Below, piece after piece: positions 50,194-60,232 of a stretch of 64,000 nt of DNA. Origin of the DNA: an uncultured Acidimicrobiia bacterium. Lineage in GTDB: Bacteria > Actinomycetota > Acidimicrobiia > Spongiisociales > UBA5794. Location of the stretch: contig CAWBVU010000006.1 of the NCBI GenBank assembly GCA_963792405.1, positions 410,325 to 474,324 of the forward strand. The letters run 5' to 3'. The notes below the pieces were generated by a model. That model saw nothing but the letters and a program-made list of their open reading frames with translations, searched no databases and was not told the DNA's origin. Within the stretch, counting starts at the first letter, position 1. Every line of letters starts with the position of its first letter. Position numbers and translations under genes: made by a program.

Positions 50194-51417
50194 ATGGCGT
50201 CGATCACGCTTGAGGACATTGGGAAGATCTATCCGGATGGCACCCGTGCGGTGGGCGATGTGAACCTGAACATCGTCGATGGTGAGTTCCTGGTGCTGGT
50301 GGGTCCGTCGGGGTGTGGCAAGTCGACGGTGCTCCGGATGGTCGCCGGTCTCGAGGACATCTCGGAGGGGAAGCTGACGATCGGTGAGAAGATCGTCAAC
50401 GACGTGCCTCCGAAGGACCGCGACATCGCGATGGTGTTCCAGAACTATGCGTTGTATCCGCACATGTCGGTGTACGACAACATGGCGTTCGGGTTGAAGC
50501 TGCGCAAGATGCCGAAGGATGAGATCGATCGGCGCGTGAAGGAGGCTGCGGAGGTGCTCGAGATCACCGAGTACCTGGATCGCAAGCCGAAGGCGTTGTC
50601 GGGTGGTCAGCGGCAGCGTGTGGCGATGGGTCGTGCGATCGTGCGTGAGCCGAAGGCGTTCTTGATGGATGAGCCGCTGTCGAACCTGGATGCGAAGTTG
50701 CGGGTGCAGATGCGTACGGAGTTGGGGCGTCTGCATCAGCGGTTGGGGACGACGACGGTGTATGTGACCCATGATCAGGTGGAGGCGATGACGTTGGGGC
50801 ATCGGGTGGCGGTGATGCGTCCGGTGACGGCGAAGCGTCCGTACAACCTCCAGCAGGTGGCGCCGCCGACGGAGTTGTTCAACAATCCGTCGAACCTGTT
50901 CGTGGCGGGCTTCATCGGGTCGCCTGCGATGAACATGGTGTATGGCGAGTTGACCGAGGAGTCCGAGGGCCGAGTGTTCCTGGCGTTCGCGGGCAGGCGG
51001 TTGCTTGTGGAGAAGGCCGCGCTCGAGGCCCATCCCGGGATCGGGAACTACTACGGGAAGAAGATCGTGGTGGGGATCCGTCCGGGTGCCTTCGAGGATG
51101 CGCGGGTCGCCGGTGATGGTCCCGGGGATCGCACGATCCGGGTCACGACCGACGTCAACGAGCTGTTGGGCTCCGAGTCGTACGTGCACTTCGAGTTGGA
51201 TTCGCCCCCGGTGATCACGCCCGACATCGAGGAGTTGCTGGCGGACTCGGGTGAGGACGCTTCGACGCTTGGGCACCAGACGAAGTTCACGGCACGGGTG
51301 TCCCCCGATGTGCCGGTGCCGGACGGTTCCGAGGTCGACCTCGTCGTGGACACGTCAAAGCTCCACTTCTTCGATCTCGACACGGGCGACAAGGTCGGCT
51401 ACGCCGCCTGGGCCTGA
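50194..51417 (+). CDS. sugar ABC transporter ATP-binding protein (MsiK/MalK/UgpC-like, with C-terminal TOBE regulatory domain)
   Basis: Walker A GPSGCGKST, LSGGQRQR, LMDEP, H-loop; monocistronic as for actinobacterial msiK. Confidence 0.9.
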   Translation: MASITLEDIGKIYPDGTRAVGDVNLNIVDGEFLVLVGPSGCGKSTVLRMVAGLEDISEGKLTIGEKIVNDVPPKDRDIAMVFQNYALYPHMSVYDNMAFGLKLRKMPKDEIDRRVKEAAEVLEITEYLDRKPKALSGGQRQRVAMGRAIVREPKAFLMDEPLSNLDAKLRVQMRTELGRLHQRLGTTTVYVTHDQVEAMTLGHRVAVMRPVTAKRPYNLQQVAPPTELFNNPSNLFVAGFIGSPAMNMVYGELTEESEGRVFLAFAGRRLLVEKAALEAHPGIGNYYGKKIVVGIRPGAFEDARVAGDGPGDRTIRVTTDVNELLGSESYVHFELDSPPVITPDIEELLADSGEDASTLGHQTKFTARVSPDVPVPDGSEVDLVVDTSKLHFFDLDTGDKVGYAAWA

Positions 51418-51453
51418 AGGTTGCGCCGTGACGCCGCTCGCTGAGGGGTGACG

Positions 51454-52578
51454 TCAGCGATCCTCGACGGTCTCGGTCACGACGATGCCCGTCTGCGCCA
51501 GCTCAGGGAGCAGATCCGCCCCCGTCACGGCATCGTGCATCGTCAGGACGCCCGGCGCGAGCACCTCGCCACGAAGGATCAGGTCGGCGAGGGCCGTGGC
51601 CGGGAACGCGGTGGTGCGGGCGAGCGCTGAGAATGCGCCATGTGCCCTGTCCTCGATCTCGAGCGTCGTCCTGATGCCTCCCTGGTCCCGCCACACCCGC
51701 ACGAGCACGACGTCGGCATCATCCCGAGGGAGCGAACGGTTCAGGCGGTCGACCAGCACCGCCCTCGGTGCGACCTCGACGCCTGCGATGCGCCTCGGTG
51801 TCTCGTCGAACATGCCCATCTCGAACAGCGCCCTGAACACCTTCCCGTGGCCAGGGTATCGGAGCGTCTTGTACTCGAGGTCACGGACGCGTCCCTCGTG
51901 TCGTATGCACATCGTCGACGTGCCCCCCGCGGTCGAGAACGCCTCGAGGGGACCCCATCCTTCCCATGCCACGTCCTCGAAGCGCGACAAGGGCTCAACC
52001 GTCGCGTGGCGGCCGTGTTGGATCACCTCGCATGGCTCGGCGTACTCGTTGATCAGGCCCTCCGGGCTGAAGACGAGCTGGTAGGCGAGGGCGCCGACCG
52101 GTGACTGTGGCAGGGCACCCACCCGCATCTGGATCGCGTCGATCGGATGGCCCCCCGCCGACGCGATGAGATCCTCGGCGAGCACGTTCGCGAGACCGGG
52201 GGCGAGCCCGCAGTCCGGCACGATCATCACCCCGTTGGCCGCGGCGTCGTCGTGCATGCGTCGCTGTGCCGCCACCACCGTGGGGTTCCCGCCGAAGTCG
52301 AGGTAGTGCGTGCCCGTGGCGAGCGCGGCGGAGGCGACGGCGTATCCGAACCGGTACGGCACGGCGGACACGACGATGTCGTGGCGTGCGACGAGCTCCA
52401 TGAGCTCCCGACCGTATGCCACGTCGATGGTGGCCGCCGTCGCGCCGTAGGCGGTGGCGAGGCGGTGCACGGTCTCGGAGTCGGCGTCGGCGACCGTCAC
52501 CTCGTGGCCCCGTCTTCGGAGGTCCCACACCGCTGCCGACCCGACAATGCCCGCTCCCAGGACAAGTGTTGCCATCGC
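51454..52578 (-). CDS. saccharopine dehydrogenase family oxidoreductase (NADP-binding)
   Basis: N-terminal LVLGAGIVGS Rossmann motif and saccharopine-DH-like C-terminal domain; GGGGGAGG RBS overlapping the upstream gene stop. Confidence 0.8.
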   Translation of the reverse strand, partial: AMATLVLGAGIVGSAAVWDLRRRGHEVTVADADSETVHRLATAYGATAATIDVAYGRELMELVARHDIVVSAVPYRFGYAVASAALATGTHYLDFGGNPTVVAAQRRMHDDAAANGVMIVPDCGLAPGLANVLAEDLIASAGGHPIDAIQMRVGALPQSPVGALAYQLVFSPEGLINEYAEPCEVIQHGRHATVEPLSRFEDVAWEGWGPLEAFSTAGGTSTMCIRHEGRVRDLEYKTLRYPGHGKVFRALFEMGMFDETPRRIAGVEVAPRAVLVDRLNRSLPRDDADVVLVRVWRDQGGIRTTLEIEDRAHGAFSALARTTAFPATALADLILRGEVLAPGVLTMHDAVTGADLLPELAQTGIVVTETVEDR

Positions 52579-52585
52579 CTCCCCC

Positions 52586-53350
52586 TCAGGGATCCAGTCG
52601 CTTGAACGTCTCCGATGCCTCCACGCCCAGGTCGGCGCCGGCAGATCGGTGCCACGATGCGAGGCGCTGGATGAACGCCGTACGCTGCTCGGCGCCCGCA
52701 CCGGCGTCACCCATCGTGGTCACGGTCTGTGACGAGTGCTCGAGGAGCGCCGCGACCTTTCGGTCGAACCACGGCTCCTCGATGGGCTCTGCATGGTCGG
52801 GGGCGTCCGCCGACCACAGCAGCAGGACACCCGGGCGGTGCGCTCGGAGCCCTGAGTCGACGAGTGCCATCGGCTCCCTTGCCGTGACGATGGCGTCGAC
52901 CGTGGCGAAGCCCGTTGCCCGGTGGTCGGGATGCATCTGGTAGCGCTGCCACGGATCGTGCGTGAGCACGACGTCGGGGGTGAACAGGCGGATCTGCCGC
53001 GCGATGTCGTTACGGAGGCCCATCGTCGACTCGAGTTCCCCATCGACGTGTCCGAGATGAACGAACCGCTCGGCTCCGAGGATGGCGCCCGCGGCGGCCT
53101 GTTCCTCGATCCGGCGCCTGGCGAGCTCTGCCGGGTCGGCACCGGGGTCCCAGGAACCCTTCGATCCGTCCGTCACGATGCACATCGTGATCTCCGTCCC
53201 CTCGCCGGCCCATCGTGCAAGCGTCGCACCCGCGCCGAATTCGGCATCGTCGGGATGGGCCCCGACAGTGAGGACGCGCGACGGCGTCGCCAGACGGAGG
53301 GAATGTCCGGCGTCCCTGTCGTGCATGTCCCGGTAGATGTTCGACGTCAT
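52586..53350 (-). CDS. PIG-L (LmbE-like) family deacetylase
   Basis: VGAHPDDAEFG zinc-binding motif and conserved HPDH. Confidence 0.8.
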   Translation of the reverse strand: MTSNIYRDMHDRDAGHSLRLATPSRVLTVGAHPDDAEFGAGATLARWAGEGTEITMCIVTDGSKGSWDPGADPAELARRRIEEQAAAGAILGAERFVHLGHVDGELESTMGLRNDIARQIRLFTPDVVLTHDPWQRYQMHPDHRATGFATVDAIVTAREPMALVDSGLRAHRPGVLLLWSADAPDHAEPIEEPWFDRKVAALLEHSSQTVTTMGDAGAGAEQRTAFIQRLASWHRSAGADLGVEASETFKRLDP

Positions 53351-53919
53351 TCGGCGAGGCTAGGCATGTTCATCGTATGACCGAGGGCCGCCAGCTGCAG
53401 CGACGTGTCGATGTCGATCGAGAGGACGGCCGAGGGGACGACGACGGCGGCCGGTACCGCGGCGAGGTGGCGATGGAACGACCCGGGCCCGTACGAGAAG
53501 GGGAAGTCACCCCTGGAGGCGACGATGGTGGTGCCGCCGTCGAGGGATGGCACGAGCACGGTGTGCCCTGCCTCGACGAGACCGGCGATCCGACGGAGGG
53601 CCGACGCGTCCACCAGCGGCAGGTCGGCATGCGCGACGATCCACGGCCCCCGTGTCCCTGCCGTCGCCGAGGATGCCGCCGAGTTCAGGCCCTGTCCCGG
53701 ATCCTCGAGCACGTCGAGGCCGAGGCCGTCCGCCCAGGTGCGGACCCCGCGGTCGGACGTCACGACCATCACGTCGAGCCCGGCGTCGATCCCCGCGCGG
53801 ATCACGCGGACGGCGAGGTCGCGGATCAGCCGCGTGCGCGCAGCGACGTCCAGGCTGTCGGCAAGCCTCGTCATCCCCTCGAAGTCACGAATGGGCACGA
53901 GGAGCGCCACCGCTCCCAT
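53347..53919 (-). CDS. cofC: 2-phospho-L-lactate guanylyltransferase-like (CofC/FbiD, MobA-like NTP transferase fold)
   Basis: Alignable to the FbiD pattern (LVPIRDF...AKTRL-like, HADLP, LDGGTT, FSYGPGSF); start at MGAVALLVPI inside the longer ORF 53347..54186. Confidence 0.65.
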   Translation of the reverse strand: MGAVALLVPIRDFEGMTRLADSLDVAARTRLIRDLAVRVIRAGIDAGLDVMVVTSDRGVRTWADGLGLDVLEDPGQGLNSAASSATAGTRGPWIVAHADLPLVDASALRRIAGLVEAGHTVLVPSLDGGTTIVASRGDFPFSYGPGSFHRHLAAVPAAVVVPSAVLSIDIDTSLQLAALGHTMNMPSLAE

Positions 53920-54365
53920 CAGGAGCCCGTGTCGGGGAACTCGGCGAGTTGGATCAGGACCCCGTGGGCGGATCGCGGGTGGATGAACGCCTCCTTCCAC
54001 TCCGGATTGCCCTCGTCCATCCCGACGACCTCGAACCCGAGTTCTGTGGCGCGTGCGACGGCGACGCCGAGGTCGGTGACCTTGAACGTGAGGTGGTGCA
54101 GGCCCTCGCCCCTGGTCGCGAGGAACCGGTTGATGAAGTGGTCGGGATCGGGCGAGTCGGTGCGGATCAGCTCGAGGCGCCCCCAATGTGGGAGGTCGTA
54201 CTGCACCCAGTGGAAGTCGGTGCCCGGCTCGTAGCCACCGTCGAATCTCCTGCCCCCGATGAGGGCGATGAGGCCCTCGGCGGCGTCGAATCCGGACACG
54301 GCCATCGAGACGTGGTCGAAGCGCTCCACGACGTCGTTCAATGCGGTGGACGGGTCGTCGTTCAT
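53919..54365 (-). CDS. VOC family protein (glyoxalase / methylmalonyl-CoA-epimerase-like)
   Basis: 148-aa VOC fold (HVSMAV, HHLTFKV, HGVLIQLAE); only the C-terminal part of the long ORF 53919..55109 is credible. Confidence 0.7.
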   Translation of the reverse strand: MNDDPSTALNDVVERFDHVSMAVSGFDAAEGLIALIGGRRFDGGYEPGTDFHWVQYDLPHWGRLELIRTDSPDPDHFINRFLATRGEGLHHLTFKVTDLGVAVARATELGFEVVGMDEGNPEWKEAFIHPRSAHGVLIQLAEFPDTGS

Positions 54366-55174
54366 CCGGGCACGTGGATCCGCCGCTCGTACCACTGGAG
54401 GATCAGTGACAGCGACACCGTGAGGGCCAGGTACATGGCGGCGAGGATCATGTAGCCAGCGAAGAACTGGAAGGTCACGCCAGTCCACAGCTTCGTCATC
54501 TGCGTGAGCTCTCGCACGGCGAGGATCGACACCAGCGAGGAGTCCTTGAGGAGGGCGATGAGGTCGTTGCCGAGGGCTGGCATGACGTTCTTGATCGCCT
54601 GTGGCCAGACGATGAGGCGGAACACCTGTCGACGATGCAGGCCAACGGACATCCCTGCCTCCCGCTGCCCGAGGGGGACGGACTCGATGCCCGCCCTGAA
54701 CACCTCGGCGATGAACGCCGCGTAGATGATGCCGACCGCGACCGTGGTCTTCACCGCGGCTCGGCCGAGGAGGGACTGAGGCGGCACCCCGAGGACATCG
54801 AGGATCTGCGGCCAGATGACCAAACCCACGAAGAAGATCGTGACGAGGACGGGGATGCCGCGGATCAACTCGATGTAGAACATCGCCAGATTGCGGACGA
54901 GGCCGTTCTTGGACATTCGCGCAAGGGCGACGACCAGCCCGAGGACCATGGCGATGACGAACCCGCCGACCGTGACCGTGATCGTCAGGACCAGCCCGTC
55001 CTTGATGAAGAGGAAGCCCTCCTCCCACTTGGGGTCCGTGAGGACCTTGAAGGCGGGAAACGCGATGACGGCGATGATGCCGAGGAACCACCACGGGAAT
55101 CCGGACCATTCGAACGAGAGCCTCGCCCCAGGGGGCGTCGGGTCAAGGGGGGCTTCGGCGTTCAGCGTGGTCAT
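54362..55174 (-). CDS. polar amino acid ABC transporter permease (His/Glu/Gln/Arg/opine family)
   Basis: EAA-like loop and about 6 TM helices; start MTTLNAE with GAGGTG RBS; 4-nt overlap with downstream VOC gene. Confidence 0.85.
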   Translation of the reverse strand: MTTLNAEAPLDPTPPGARLSFEWSGFPWWFLGIIAVIAFPAFKVLTDPKWEEGFLFIKDGLVLTITVTVGGFVIAMVLGLVVALARMSKNGLVRNLAMFYIELIRGIPVLVTIFFVGLVIWPQILDVLGVPPQSLLGRAAVKTTVAVGIIYAAFIAEVFRAGIESVPLGQREAGMSVGLHRRQVFRLIVWPQAIKNVMPALGNDLIALLKDSSLVSILAVRELTQMTKLWTGVTFQFFAGYMILAAMYLALTVSLSLILQWYERRIHVPG

Positions 55175-55272
55175 CGTCACCTCACGATCGATCGAGCTCA
55201 GCGTACCGTCCGGACGCGAAGGGGACCGGGCGAGTACCCGGTCCCCTTCGTACGCAGCGAAGTGCGCTTCGC

Positions 55273-56061
55273 CTACCCGGCGTCGTACTCGACGAACCAC
55301 TTCTTGAAGAGGGCGTCGAGCGACCCGTCGTCCATCATCTCCTCGAGGGTGTCGTTCACCGGGCCGACGAGGTCCGAGCCCTTCGGGTAGATGAACCCGA
55401 GCGGGTCGGACTGGAGGTCGTCCGCGAGCAGCTTCGTCTGGTCAGCATTGACCCCGACATAGCCCTGACCGGCCGTGTCGTCGATGATGACGGCATCCAC
55501 GTCCCCGGCGATGAGTGCCTGGACCGCGAGGCCGAACTGGTCGAAGGCATCGACCCGTCCGGGGTCGACCAACTCGATCGCGAGCTCGTAGTTGGTGGTG
55601 CCTACCTGGGTCCCGAGGCGGTAGTCACCTGCCTGGAACTCCTCGAGGTTCGCGAAGCGGGTCTCGTCCGTTCGTACCATGAGGCGTTGGATGATCGTCA
55701 TGTACGGATCTGAGAAGTCGACGACTTCCTTGCGTTCGTCGGTGATGGAGATGCCATCGGCCGCAGTGTCGTAGATGCCCTGGCCGGTCTCCTCGATCAC
55801 GGCCGGCCATCCGGCCTCGACGAACTCCGCCGTGCAGCCGAGTCGCGAGCAGATCTCGTTCCAGACGTCGTAGTCGAAACCTGCCCCGTTCCCTGCATCG
55901 TCGATGAAGTTGTACGGGGGGTAGGCGTTCTCGACACCGACCTTGATCGTCCGGCCCTCGACGTCTCCACCGCTGTCGCTGCCACATGCCGTGGCGAGGA
56001 CGGCGACCGCAACCGCGAGGACCGCGATGCTCAAGGCTCTCTTCATGCTGGACTTCTTCAT
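55273..56061 (-). CDS. polar amino acid ABC transporter substrate-binding lipoprotein
   Basis: Lipobox LATACGSD; SBP_bac_3-type fold; GGAGGAG RBS. Confidence 0.8.
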   Translation of the reverse strand: MKKSSMKRALSIAVLAVAVAVLATACGSDSGGDVEGRTIKVGVENAYPPYNFIDDAGNGAGFDYDVWNEICSRLGCTAEFVEAGWPAVIEETGQGIYDTAADGISITDERKEVVDFSDPYMTIIQRLMVRTDETRFANLEEFQAGDYRLGTQVGTTNYELAIELVDPGRVDAFDQFGLAVQALIAGDVDAVIIDDTAGQGYVGVNADQTKLLADDLQSDPLGFIYPKGSDLVGPVNDTLEEMMDDGSLDALFKKWFVEYDAG

Positions 56062-56201
56062 GGTGTTTCGCTCCTCCGTGGTGGGGGATCGCGCCGTCGG
56101 CGCGTGCGATACGGTACCGCATTGCACGCCCGGCCGCGAGATCGCGGGGCGCCGCGCGGGCGTGCGTGCTCACGGCCTTGCGTCGCCTACAGTTCACGCC
56201 G

Positions 56202-57638
56202 ATGGAACGCAAGACCAAGGTCGTTGCCACACTCGGGCCGGCGTCGGATTCAGAGGAGCGGCTCACCGAGCTCGTCGCCACGGGCATGAACGTGGCGCGC
56301 TTCAACTTCAGCCACGGCACGCACGCCGACCACGAACAACGGTTCGAGATGGTCAGGCGGGTCTCGGATGCCCTCGACAAGCCGGTCGCCCTCATGCAGG
56401 ACATCCAGGGCCCGAAGATCAGGGTGGGGGAGTTCCCGGATGGCGAGATCGTCCTCGAGGCGGGATCGACGGTGGAGCTCCTCCCAGGGTCCGGTATGGG
56501 CGACCGTGGCCACATCCAGATCGCCTACCTCGACGACGTGAAGATGGAGCCCGGGGGCAAGGTACTGCTCGCCGACGGGCTCATCGAACTGCAGGCCGAG
56601 GACGTGGCAGACCATTGCGTCGTGGCGACGGTGGTGGGTGGCGGTGTCCTGTCCGATCACAAGGGCGCAGCCTTCCCCGGCGCGCGGACGACGGTCCCCG
56701 TGGTCACCGACAAGGACAAGGAGGATCTCGAGTTCGGCAGGATGCTCGGATTCGACCTCGTCGCCGCCTCGTTCGTCAGCTCGGGGCGTGACATCCGGTC
56801 CGTCAAGGACGTCGCGGGGGGCGTCCCCATCATCGCCAAGATCGAAACGGCATCGGGCTACATGAACCTCGAGGACATCCTGACGGAGGCCGCCGGTGCG
56901 ATGGTGGCGAGGGGAGACCTCGGCGTGGAGTTGTCGCTCGAGTCCGTCCCGGGGGCCCAGAGGGACATCCTCGCAAGGACGAACGCGGCGGGGAAGATCT
57001 CGATCACCGCGACCGAGATGCTCGAGTCGATGATCTCGTCGCCACGTCCGACGAGGGCCGAGGTCACCGACGTCTACCGTTCCGTCCTCGACGGGACGGA
57101 CGCCGTGATGCTGTCGGCGGAGACCGCTATCGGAAGCTACCCGGTGCGTGCCGTGCGGGCCATGGGCATCATCTGCACGGAAGCTGAGCGAGCCCACGAC
57201 TACGGCCGGGCGTCGAACATCTCGAGCCTCGCCGAGGGAGGAGCGTTCGCGTCGGCGACCGCGGAGGCGTCTGTCGACACGGCGGATCGTCTGGGCCTGT
57301 CGCTGATCGTCGCATTCACGGAATCGGGCACCACCGCACGCCTCCTGTCGAAGTACCGCCCACATGCCGACATCTACGCGTTCACACCGAACGTCGAGAC
57401 CTACCGGCGCATGGCGATCTACGGCGGTGTCCAGCCCGTCCTCATCGATCGGGTCCTGTCCACCGACGACATGATCGCGACCGCGGAGGCGAGGCTGCTC
57501 GAAGCGGGTCTGGTGGAGTACGGGGAGGGCGTGGTGATGGTGGCAGGTGTCCCGCCGAACCAGATGTCATCCACGAACCTCATGAAGCTCCACGTCATCG
57601 GATCGGGTGATGTGCTCCATCCGCTGTCCCGCCCCTGA
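56202..57638 (+). CDS. pyk: pyruvate kinase
   Basis: KVVATLGPAS, ARGDLGVE, ETAIGSYP motifs; 478 aa. Confidence 0.95.
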   Translation: MERKTKVVATLGPASDSEERLTELVATGMNVARFNFSHGTHADHEQRFEMVRRVSDALDKPVALMQDIQGPKIRVGEFPDGEIVLEAGSTVELLPGSGMGDRGHIQIAYLDDVKMEPGGKVLLADGLIELQAEDVADHCVVATVVGGGVLSDHKGAAFPGARTTVPVVTDKDKEDLEFGRMLGFDLVAASFVSSGRDIRSVKDVAGGVPIIAKIETASGYMNLEDILTEAAGAMVARGDLGVELSLESVPGAQRDILARTNAAGKISITATEMLESMISSPRPTRAEVTDVYRSVLDGTDAVMLSAETAIGSYPVRAVRAMGIICTEAERAHDYGRASNISSLAEGGAFASATAEASVDTADRLGLSLIVAFTESGTTARLLSKYRPHADIYAFTPNVETYRRMAIYGGVQPVLIDRVLSTDDMIATAEARLLEAGLVEYGEGVVMVAGVPPNQMSSTNLMKLHVIGSGDVLHPLSRP

Positions 57639-57700
57639 CATCGCATGCGTCGTGGAGTGACGAGGATCTGTCGAGGGCTCACGAGCGCGGGAGGCCTAGG

Positions 57701-58039
57701 ATGGCGGCGCACGGACGGTCGGACGCAGGAGGAGCCGTGGGTCAGCGAATAGCGATCGATCGCACTCGCGAGGTCGGCGACTCGATCATCGTATCGACCA
57801 ACCGGAGCCTCACGGGGACCGATGGTGAGGGATTCGATTCGCCCGCCGCGGCAGCCGACGGCACGACCTTCCCCGCAAAGCTCGCGGTCGAGCTGTTCCA
57901 GGTCGATGACGCGATACGCAGGGTCTTCGTGCACCAGAACGTCGTCGTCGTGACGAGGGACGGTGGATGGACCGACGAGGCACGGAACGCCTCTGGGAAG
58001 GTCATCGAGGAGTTCTTCCTCTTCTACCCGGAAGCCTGA
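57701..58039 (+). CDS. Nfu/NifU N-terminal-domain protein
   Basis: 112 aa resembling the Nfu_N scaffold domain; GGGAGG RBS 6 nt upstream of ATG. Confidence 0.55.
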   Translation: MAAHGRSDAGGAVGQRIAIDRTREVGDSIIVSTNRSLTGTDGEGFDSPAAAADGTTFPAKLAVELFQVDDAIRRVFVHQNVVVVTRDGGWTDEARNASGKVIEEFFLFYPEA

Positions 58040-58085
58040 TCGGGCGAATCCCCACGACGGCCCCTCTGGGCGACGAGGGGATTCG

Positions 58086-60098
58086 TCACCCGTCGTCCCC
58101 CGTGTCGCCTCCTCCGTCGTAGGCCCCCACAGTGAGCCTGATCGTCGAGCCGGCGGTGACCCACTCCCCGGGGAGCGGATCCTGTGACAGCACCACGCCG
58201 TCCCTGTCGGGATCGTCGACCGCCTCATCGACCCTCGCCGCGAGGAGCCCGAGCTCCTGGAGTTCGAGCAGGGCATCCTCCCAGGTCGACCCCCGAACGG
58301 AGGGCAGTGGCACGGGGCAGTTCACGGGCTCGCCGGTCACCTCGCACGGGTGCACGATGTACCGTTCGGACAGTGGCAGGTACCTCCATGTGAGGGACAG
58401 GTCCTGCTCCTGGCGACCATCCGGATACGTGACGATCCGCGCGACCCTCACGAGGAAGCCGTCGATGCCGCTGCGCTCCTTGACCCGCTCGCCGGGATCG
58501 ACGACGTCCTCCTCGTCAGCGACGAGCTCCTCCTCGAACTCGACGAGGTCCTCCTTCTCCGAGGTCTCCGCCGTGCAGGTCTTCCCACCATTGTCGCCGT
58601 ACATCTTGACGGTGATCGACGTGTCCGTGTAGGCGGTCTTGACGATGACGGGCGCGTCGGTGTCGTTGCGGAAGATCACGTCGGGGTGGGGATACCCGAG
58701 GGTCGCTTCGATCCCGAGCGGATAGCGAGCGAACGACAGCGAGTGCGGGCGATGCTCGATGTCCTCGAGGCAGGCATAGAACACGGTGTTGAACAGGGTC
58801 GTGGCGAACTGGCTGACTCCGCCTCCGATGTTGGCGGGATGGTCGCAGCAGTAGGGCTCGCCATTGATGATCGCAGGTGCAGCGACATACCCCTCTGCCT
58901 CTGTGCGTTGTCCGACGTGCTCGTTGAGTGACCACTCGGCTCCGGGCTGGACGATCGCCCCATCCACGTCGCGGGCGATCTGGTGGATGTTGATGACGCG
59001 ATCCTCACCCGCTGGATGGGTCGTGGTGAACTCCGCGAGCTTCTCGAGCGACGTGTACGACTCTGCTTCCTCGGTGGTGAATGACGGCTCGGCCCCGACG
59101 ATCAGCGGGAACACCCCTGTGCCGTCGCCGAGCGCGGCGGCCTTCATCTCGACGAGGAGGGCCGGAACGTCGAGCAGGGTGCCTGAGCGCGCGGGGATCA
59201 CCCGGATCCGGTCGGTGGCGAGGTCGATGTCGAATCGCGCGTCGACCGGCTGGATCTCGAAGTCGGGACGCCTCGGCTCGAGGATCTCGAGGACGCGGGC
59301 TTCGTCGAACGACACCTCGAGCGCATCGCCCTCGGGCGTGAGGGTCGCGGTCACTGCGTAGGCGAGCTGGTCGGGTGTGAACGAGGTGCGGAACCCGATG
59401 TCATTCGATCGAAGTGTGATGGGGTCGTCGATCATCTCGGCCATCTCCGCCGCGGCCGCGTCGATGTCGTCATCGGTCAGCGTCGGCTGGGCCACCACGA
59501 CGCCGAGATCCACGCCCTGCTTGTCGAGGGTCGACATCTCCTCGACGATCGCGGCATGGGCGCTCGCACGATCGATCTCCTCGCCGGCCTCCGGATACTG
59601 CCTCTCGATGGCGCCGTCCTCGACCCACACGTCGCCCTCGTACGCCGGATTCGTGATGGCCTCGGACTCCCATTGGGTGAGCTGGTCCTCGATGGCGCTC
59701 TCGGAGAAGGTGAGGTGGAGTGGGACCTCCTCGACTTCGGAGAAGGAGGCGATCCATGCGAGGAAGTTCGACACGAAGCCGCCGTCCCTCCGAGCGACCA
59801 TCGCGTCAGCGACGGCCCGCTGCGTGTTCGCCGTGAGGCCGATGGAGGTCGCGGAGAGCTTGAACGTCTCGCCGTTGACGGAGAAGACCCCTGTGCTCTG
59901 TCGGAGCTGCTCCTCGTGTGCCTGGATGGCTCCGACCGCGTCGGTCTCCGTGAGGCCACCGACCGCCACGCCCGCCACCGACACGTTCCGGGCGATCTCG
60001 TCGGAGGAGGTCGCCCGATCGATCCCGTACACCGCAAGGGGCAGGAGCAGGATCCCGAGTGGGACGAGGAGGAAGATGGCTCGGCGTGGGGCTGTCAT
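58086..60098 (-). CDS. VanW-domain protein with N-terminal TM anchor and C-terminal PASTA domain
   Basis: VanW core (NIGGGVSQFATTLFNTVFYAC, HRPHSLSF) ; C-terminal PASTA-like segment and Gly/Asp tail. Confidence 0.75.
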   Translation of the reverse strand: MTAPRRAIFLLVPLGILLLPLAVYGIDRATSSDEIARNVSVAGVAVGGLTETDAVGAIQAHEEQLRQSTGVFSVNGETFKLSATSIGLTANTQRAVADAMVARRDGGFVSNFLAWIASFSEVEEVPLHLTFSESAIEDQLTQWESEAITNPAYEGDVWVEDGAIERQYPEAGEEIDRASAHAAIVEEMSTLDKQGVDLGVVVAQPTLTDDDIDAAAAEMAEMIDDPITLRSNDIGFRTSFTPDQLAYAVTATLTPEGDALEVSFDEARVLEILEPRRPDFEIQPVDARFDIDLATDRIRVIPARSGTLLDVPALLVEMKAAALGDGTGVFPLIVGAEPSFTTEEAESYTSLEKLAEFTTTHPAGEDRVINIHQIARDVDGAIVQPGAEWSLNEHVGQRTEAEGYVAAPAIINGEPYCCDHPANIGGGVSQFATTLFNTVFYACLEDIEHRPHSLSFARYPLGIEATLGYPHPDVIFRNDTDAPVIVKTAYTDTSITVKMYGDNGGKTCTAETSEKEDLVEFEEELVADEEDVVDPGERVKERSGIDGFLVRVARIVTYPDGRQEQDLSLTWRYLPLSERYIVHPCEVTGEPVNCPVPLPSVRGSTWEDALLELQELGLLAARVDEAVDDPDRDGVVLSQDPLPGEWVTAGSTIRLTVGAYDGGGDTGDDG

Positions 60099-60232
60099 GC
60101 GTCTCGATCAGCGGCGGCAGGGTGAGGGCCCGGGAGGGGCGTCCCGCCGGGGAGTGTAGGGGTTGACCCCGACAACCGAGCGAGGCCGCGACGTCGTGGA
60201 ATCGTTGGTAGGGAAGGGTTTCGGGGCGGGCG

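Noticed and set aside
53919-55109. 396-aa minus-strand ORF and overlapping 54635..55390 plus-strand ORF
   Set aside because: The credible VOC protein is the last 148 codons. The extension is antisense to, or out of frame with, the amino-acid ABC permease. The plus-strand ORF is His/Asp/Arg low-complexity.
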